NCBI RefSeq assembly: GCF_009914755.1
Contig: NC_060933.1
Source: the human T2T-CHM13v2.0 reference genome, Homo sapiens
Reading direction: 5' to 3' (one strand)
DNA length: 64,000 nucleotides
Below, in pieces: positions 56,601-64,000 of the stretch (positions within the stretch are counted from its first letter, which is position 1; each line of letters opens with the position of its first letter). The translations under genes and the position numbers were made by a program. The notes under the pieces are model-generated. The model was not told the DNA's origin. It worked only from the letters and a program-made list of their open reading frames with translations, and searched no databases.

Positions 56601-59600
56601 AATGGAATGGAATGGAATGGAATGGAATCAACCCGAGTGCAATGGAATGGAGTGGAATGGAATGGAATGGAATGGAACAACCCGAATGGAATGGAATGTA
56701 ATGGAGAGTAAGGGAGTTGAATAGAATCAATCCGAATTTAATGGAATGGAATGCAACGGAATGGAATGGAATGGAATGGAATGGAATGCAATGGAATGGA
56801 ATCAACTCGAGTACAATGGAATGGAATGGAATGGAATAGAATGCAATGGAATGGAATCAACTCGAGTACAACGGAATGGAATGGAATGGAATGGAATGGA
56901 ATGGAATGGAATGGAATGGAATTGAATGGAATGCCTTCAAACCGAATGGAATGGAAAGGAATGGAATCACCACGAGTGGAATGGAATGGAATGGAAAGGA
57001 ATGGAATGGAATAGAATGGTACGGAATAGAATGGAATGGAACGAACTGGAATGGAATGGAATGGAATGGAATGGAATAGAATGGAATGGAATGGAATCGT
57101 TCTGAGTGGAATAGGAGGGAATGTATTCGAGTGGAATGGAAAGGAATGGAATCAACCAGATTGGAATGGAAGGGAATGGAATGGAATGGAAACTAATAGA
57201 ATGGAATCAACCCGAGTGGAATGGAATGGAAAGGACTGGAATGGAATGGAATGGAATGGAATCAACTCGATTGTAATGGAATGGAATGGAATGGAATGGA
57301 ATGGAATTAACCCGAATACAATGGAATGGAATGGAATGGAACGGAATGGAGTGAAATGGAATGGAATCAACCCGAGTGCAGGGGAATGGAATGGAATGGA
57401 ATGCAATGGAATGGAATCAACTCGATTGCAATGGAATGGAATGGAATGGAAAGGAATACATTGGAATCAACCCGAATGGAATGGAATGTAATGGAGTGTA
57501 AGGGAATTGAATAGAATCAATCCGAATGTAATGGAATGGAATGGAACGGAATGGAATGGAATGGAATGGAATGGAATGGAATGGAATGGAATGCAATGGA
57601 ATGGAATCATCCGGAATGGAATGGAATGGAATGGAATGCAAAGCAATGGAATCAACTCGATTGCAATGGAATGGAATGGAATGGAAAGGAATACATTGGA
57701 ATCAACCCGAGTGGAATGGAATGGAAAGGACTGGAATGGAGTGGAATGGAATGGAATGGAATGGAATGGAATGGAATGGAATCAACTCGATTGGAATGGA
57801 ATGGAATGGAATGGAATGGAATTAACCCGAATAGAATGGAATGGAATGGAATGGAACGGAACGGAATGGAATGGAATGGAATGGAATGGAATGGAATGGA
57901 ATGGAATCAACCCGACTGCAGGGGAATGGAATGGAATAGAATGCAATGGAATGGATTCAACTTGAATGGAAGGGAAAGAATGGAATCAACACGAGTGGAA
58001 TGGCATGGATTGGAATGGAATGCAATGGAATCAACCCGAGTACAGGGGAATGGAATTGAATGGAATGCAATGGAATGGAATCATCCGTAATGGAATGGAA
58101 TGGAAAGGAATGGAATGGAATGGAATGGAATGGAATAGAATGGAATGGAATCAACTCGATTGCAATCGAATGGAATGGAATGGAATTAACCCGAATAGAA
58201 TGGAATGGAATGGAATGGAACGGAACGGAACGGAATGGAATGGATTGGAATGCAATGGAATGGAATGGAATGGAACGGAAAGGAATGGAATGGAATGGAA
58301 TGGAATGGAATGGAATGGAATCAACGCGAGTGCAGGGGAATGGAATGGAATGGAATGCAATGGAATGGAATCAACCCGAGTGCAATGGAATGGAGAGGAA
58401 TGGAATGGAATGGAATGGAAACTACCCGAATGGAATGGAATGTAATGGAGTGTAAGGGAATTGAATAGAATCAATCTGAATGTAATGGAATGGAATGGAA
58501 CGGAATGGAATGGAATGGAATGGAATGGAATGGAATGGAATGCAATGGAATGGAATCATCCGGAATGGAATGCAATGGAATGGAATGCAAAGCAATGGAA
58601 TCAACTCGATTGCAATGGAATGGAATGGAATGGAAAGGAATACATTGGAATCAACCCGAGTGGAATGGAATGGAAAGGACTGGAATGGAGTGGAATGGAA
58701 TGGAATGGAATGGAGTGGAATCAACTCGATTGGAATGGAATGCAATGGAATGTAATGGAATTAACCCGAATAGAATGGAATGGAATGGAATGGAACGGAA
58801 CGGAACGGAACGGAATGGAATGGAATGGAATGGAATGGAATGGAATCAACCCGACTGCAGGGGAATGGAATGGAATGGAATGCAATGGAATGGATTCAAC
58901 TTGAATGGAATGGAAAGAATGGAATCAACACGAGTGGAATGGCATGGAATGGAATGGAATGGAATGGAATCAACCCGAGTACAGGGGAATGGAATGGAAT
59001 GGAATGCAATGGAATGGAATCATCCGTAATGGAATGGAAAGGAATGGAATGGAATGGAATGGAATCAACTCGATTGCAATCGAATGGAATGGAATGGATT
59101 TAAGCCGAATAGAATGGAATGGAATAGAATCGAGCAGAACGGAACGGAACGGAACGGAATGGAATGGAATGGAATGGAATGGAATGGAACGGAAAGGAAT
59201 GGAATGGAATGGAATGGAATGGAATGGAATGGAACGGAATGGAATCAACGCGACTGCAGGGGAATGGAATGGAATGGAATGCAATGGAATGGAATCTTCC
59301 GGAATGGAATGGAATGGAATGGAGTGGAATGGAATAAACCCGAGTGCAATGGAATGGAGTGGAATGGAATGGAATGGAATGGAACAACCCGAATGGAATG
59401 GAATGTAATGGAGAGTAAAGGAGTTGAATAGAATCAATCCGAATGTAATGGAATGGAATGGAACGGAATGGAATTGAATGGAATGGAATGGAATGCAATG
59501 GAATGGAATCAACCCGAGTGCAATGGAATGGAGAGGAATGGAATGGAATGGAATGGAAACTACCCGAATGGAATGGAATGTAATGGAGTGTAAGGGAATA

Positions 59601-62600
59601 GAATATAATCAATCCGAATGTAATGGAATGGAATGGAACGGAATGGAATGGAATGGAATGGAATGGAATGGAATGGAATGCAATGGAATGGAATCAACCC
59701 AAGTGCAATCGAATGGAATTGAATTGAATGGAATGCAATGGAATGGATTCAACTTGAATGGAATGGAAAGAATGGAATCAACACGAGTGGAAGGGCATGG
59801 ATTGGAATGCAATGGAATGGAATCAACCCGAGTACAGGGGAATGGAATGGAATGGAATGCAATGGAATGGAATCATCCGTAATGGAATGGAAAGGAATGG
59901 AATGGAATGGAATGGAATGGAATGGAATGGAATGGAATGGAATCAACACGATTGCAATCGAATGGAATGGAATGGAATTAACCCAAATAGAATGGAATGG
60001 AATGGAATGGAACGGAACGGAACAGAATGGAATGGAATGGAATGGAATGGAATGGAACGGAAGAAAATGGAATGGAATGGAATGGAATGGAATGGAATCA
60101 ACGCGAGTGCAGGGGAATGGAATGGAATGGAATGCAATGGAATGGAATCTTCCGGAATGGAATGGAATGGAATGGAATAGAATGGAATGGAATGGAATGG
60201 AATGGAATCAACCCGAGTACAGGGGAATGGAATGGAATGTAATGTAATGCAATGGAATCATCCGTAATGGAATGGAAAGGAATGGAATGGAATGGAATGG
60301 AATGGAATGGAATGGAATCAACTGGATTGCAATCGAATGGAATGGAATGGAATTAACCCGAATAGAATGGAATGGAATGGAACGGAACGGAACGGAACGG
60401 AATGGAATGGAATGGAAAGGAACGGAATGGAATAGAATGGAATGGAATGGAATGGAATGGAATCAACGCGAGTGCAGGGGAATGGAATGGAATGGAATGC
60501 AGTGGAATGGAATCTTCCGGAATGGAATGGAATGGAATGCAATGGATTCAACTCGATTGCAATGGAATGGAATAGAATGGAATGGAATGGAATGGAATGG
60601 AATTAACCCGAGTAAAATGGAATGGAATGGAATGGAACGGAATGGAACGGAACGGAACGGAATGGAATGGAATGGAATGGAATGGAATGGTATGGAATGG
60701 AATGGAATGGTACGGAATAGAATGGAATGGAAAGAATTGGAATGGAATGGAATGGAATGGAATGGAATGGAATGGAATCAACCCGAGTGCAGGGGAATGT
60801 ATTGGAACGCAATGTAATGGAATGGAATCATGCGGAATGGAATGGAATGGAATGGAATGGAATGGAATGGAACCAACTCGATTATGAGGGAATGGAATGG
60901 AATGGAATGGAATGGAGTGGAATGGAATGGAATCAACCCGAGTGCAGGGGAATGGAATGGAATGGAATGCAATGGAATGGAATCATCCGGAATGGAATGG
61001 AATGGAATGGAATGCAAAGCAATGGAATCAACTCGATTGCAATGGAATGGAATGGAATGGAAAGGAATACATTGGAATCAACCCGAGTGGAATGGAATGG
61101 AAAGGACTGGAATGGAGTGGAATGGAATGGAATGGAATGGAATGGAATCAACTCGATTGGAATGGAATGGAATGGAATGGAATGGAATGGAATTAACCCG
61201 AATAGAATGGAATGGAATGGAATGGAATGGAACGGAACGGAACGGAACGGAATGGAATGGAATGGAATGGAATGGAATGGAATTGAATGGAATCAACTCG
61301 ATCACAATCGAATGGAATGGAATGGAATTAACGCGAATAGAATGGAATGGAATGGAATGGAACGGAACGGAACGGAATGGAATGGAATGGAATGGAACGG
61401 AATGCAATGGAACGGAACGGAATGGAATGGAATGGAATGGAATGGAATGGAATGGAATCAACGCGAGTGTAGTGGAATGGAATGGAATGGAACGCAATGG
61501 AATGGAATCTTCCGGAATGGAATGGTATGGAATGGAATGGAATGGAATGGAATGGAATCAACCCGAGTGCAATGGAATGGAGTGGAATGGAATGGAATGG
61601 AATGGAACAACCCGAATGGAATGGAATGTAATGGAGAGTAAGGGAGTTGAATACAATCAATCCGAATGTAATGGAATGGAATGGAACGGAATGGAATGGA
61701 ATGGAATGGAATGGAATGCAATGGAATGGAATCAACCCGAGTAGAGGGGAATGGAATGGAATGGAACGCAATGGAATGGAATCTTCCGGAATGTAATGTA
61801 ATGGAATGCAATGGAATGGAATGCAATGGATTCAACTCGATTGCAATGGAATGGAATAGAATGGAATGGAATGGAATGGAATGGAATTAACCCGAATAAA
61901 ATGGAATGGAATGGAAAGGAACGGAACGGAACGGAACGGAACGGAACTGAATGGAATGGAATGGAATGGAATGGAATGGAATGGAATTGTATGGAATGGA
62001 ATGGAATGGTATGGAATAGAATGGAATGGAAAGAATTGGAATGGAATGGAATGGAATGGAATGGAATGGAATGGAATGGAATGGAATTAACCAGAGTGCA
62101 GAGGAATGTAATGGAACGGAATGCAATGGAATGGAATCATCCGGAATGGAATGCAATGGAATGCAATGGAATGGAATGGAATGGAATCAACCCGAGTGCA
62201 ATGGAATGGAGTGAAATGGAATGGAATGGAATGGAAACAACCAGAATGGATTGGAATATAATGGAGTGTAAGGGAGTTGAATAGAATCAATCTGAATGTA
62301 ATGAAATGGAATGGAAAGGAATGGAATGGAATGAAAAGGAATGGAATGCAATGGAATGGAATCAACCCGAGTGCAATCGAATGGAATCGAATGGAATGGA
62401 ATGCAATGGAATGGATTCAACTTGAATGGAATGGAAAGAATGGAATCAACACGAGTGGAATGGCATGGATTGGAATGGAATGGAATGGAATCAACCCGAG
62501 TACAGGGGAATGGAATGGAATGGAATGCAATGGAATGGAATCATCCGTAATGGAATGGAAAGGAATGGAATGGAACGGAATGGAATGGAATGGAATGGAA

Positions 62601-64000
62601 TCAACTCGATTGCAATCGAATGGAATGGAATGGAATTAACCGAATAGAATGGAAAGGAATGAAATGGAACGGAACGGAATGGAATGGAATGGAATGGAAT
62701 GGAATAGAATGGAACGGAAAGGAAGGGAATGGAATGGAATAGAATGGAATGGAATGGAATCAAGGCGACTGCAGGGGAATGGAATGGAATGGAAAGCAAT
62801 GGAATGGAATCTTCCGGAATGGAATGGAATGGAATGGAATGGAATAAACCCGAGTGCAATGGAATGGAGTGGAATGGAATGGAATGGAATGGAACAACCC
62901 GAATGGAATGGAATGTAATGGAGAGTAAGGGAGTTGAATAGAATCAATCCGAATGTAATGGAATGGAATGGAACGGAATGGAATTGAATGGAATGGAATG
63001 GAATGCAATGGAATGGAATCAACCCGCGTGCAATGGAATGGAGAGGAATGGAATGGAATGGAATGGAAACTACCCGAATGGAATGGAATGTAATGGAGTG
63101 TAAGGGAATTGAATAGAATGAATCCGAATGTAATGGAATGGAATGGAACGGAATGGAATGGAATGGAATGGAATGGAATGGAATGGAATGGAATGCAATG
63201 GAATGGAATCAACCCGAGTGCAATGGAATGGAGAGGAATGGAATGGAATGCAATGGAAACTACCCGAATGGAATGGAATGTAATGGAGTGTAAGGGAATT
63301 GAATAGAATCAATCCGAATGTAATGGAATGGAATGGAACGCAATGGAATGGAATGGAATGGAATGGAATTGAATCAAATGGAATGGAACGAAACGGAATG
63401 GAATGGAATGGAATGGAATGGAATCAACTCGATTGCAATCGAATGGAATGGAATGCAATTTACCCGAATGGAATGGAATGGAATGGAATGGAATGGAATG
63501 GAACGGAACGGAATGGAATGGAATGGAATGCAATGGAAGGGAACGGAATGGAATGGAATGGAATGGAATGGAATGGAATGGAATCAACGCGAGTGCAGCG
63601 GAATGGAATGGAGTGGAATGCAATGGAATGGAATCTTCCGGAATGGAATGGAATGGAATGGAATGGAATGGAATGGAATGGAATGGAATGCCTTCAAACC
63701 GAATGGAATGGAAAGGAATGGAATCAACACGAGTGGAATAGAATGGAAAGGAAAGGAATGGAATGGAATGGAATGGTACGGAATAGAATGGAATGGAACG
63801 AAATGGAATGGAATGGAATGGAATGGAATGGAATGGAATGGAATGGAATCGTTCCGAGTGGAATAGGAGGGAATGTATTCGAGTAGAATTGAAAGGAATT
63901 GAATCAACCAGAGTGGAATGGAAGGGAATGCAATGGAATGGAAACTAATAGAATGGAATCAACCCGAGTGAAATGGAATGGAAAGGAATGGAATGGAATG
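48950..64000 (+). repeat. Diverged distal HSat3 domain with a different variant vocabulary
   Basis: Markers TGCCTTCAAACCG (51185, 54181, 56932, 63689), ATCGTT(C/T) and GGAGGGAATGTATTCGAG are absent from the proximal domain. GGTACC, CACGTG and TAACCCTAA were not seen here. Confidence 0.85.
50300..57900 (+). repeat. ~3.0 kb tandem repeat, about 2.5 copies, decaying
   Basis: Offsets are 50590/53576 (2986), 51379/54375 (2996) and 52278/55279 (3001). The third TGCCTTC marker lies 2751 further on with more substitutions. Confidence 0.8.

Larger units (their letters stand above)
1..64000 (+). repeat. Satellite III (HSat3)-type array: (GGAAT)n with CAACCCGAGT-family interruptions, purine-rich strand on +
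   Basis: Every line consists of GGAAT pentamers interrupted every few tens to ~100 bp by CAACCCGAGT, CAACTCGATT, CAACACGAGT or TAACCCGAAT variants. This is the established SatIII structure. HSat2-type CATTCGATTC dominance is absent. Species, chromosome and subfamily cannot be fixed from sequence alone. Confidence 0.97.

Noticed and set aside
1-64000. Hundreds of ORFs encoding MEWNG or IPFHS repeats, up to 594 aa (44162..45946 minus) and 522 aa (37439..39007 minus)
   Set aside because: (GGAAT)n has no stop codon in any frame and supplies frequent ATGs. The ORFs overlap in all six frames and change with 5-bp slippage between copies. There is no domain, codon or splice evidence.
1-64000. CRISPR-like repeat/spacer reading of conserved decamers separated by variable tracts
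   Set aside because: The apparent spacers are the same pentamer rather than unique sequence, and there are no cas genes or leader.
1-64000. Strand inversions or embedded Alu, L1, alpha-satellite or CENP-B boxes
   Set aside because: None seen. The GGAAT strand stays on + throughout and no non-satellite stretch longer than ~25 bp was found.
1-64000. Assignment to a specific chromosome or subfamily (e.g. 9q12 HSat3B5, D15Z1, DYZ1)
   Set aside because: High GGAAT purity with CAACCCGAGT is compatible with 9q12-type SatIII, and the 1.8 kb and 3.6 kb periods are not seen. Assignment needs subfamily-specific k-mer comparison with T2T, which I cannot run.

Overview
All 64 kb are one uninterrupted, single-orientation array of (GGAAT)n satellite punctuated by CAACCCGAGT-type decamers. 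This is the signature of human (or great-ape) classical Satellite III (HSat3) pericentromeric heterochromatin. I found no credible genes, RNA genes, transposons, CRISPR arrays or strand inversions, and every listed ORF is a translation artefact of the pentamer (MEWNG / IPFHS). The informative signal is structural. Positions 1 to ~48.9 kb form a highly homogeneous nested higher-order array: a ~3 kb core is followed by either a short or a long variable module, giving units of 4.2 kb and 6.0-6.4 kb that group into 10.4 kb and 16.8 kb super-repeats. From ~48.9 kb to the end is a more diverged domain with 1.3 kb and ~3 kb duplications. The 5-bp register is conserved except at two recurring 1-bp-deletion motifs and one private one. 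About 29 perfect three-unit heat-shock elements (GGAAT-CTTCC-GGAAT) lie in a fixed cassette. All positions and counts were read by eye and should be confirmed computationally. I do not see a novel protein-coding system here.
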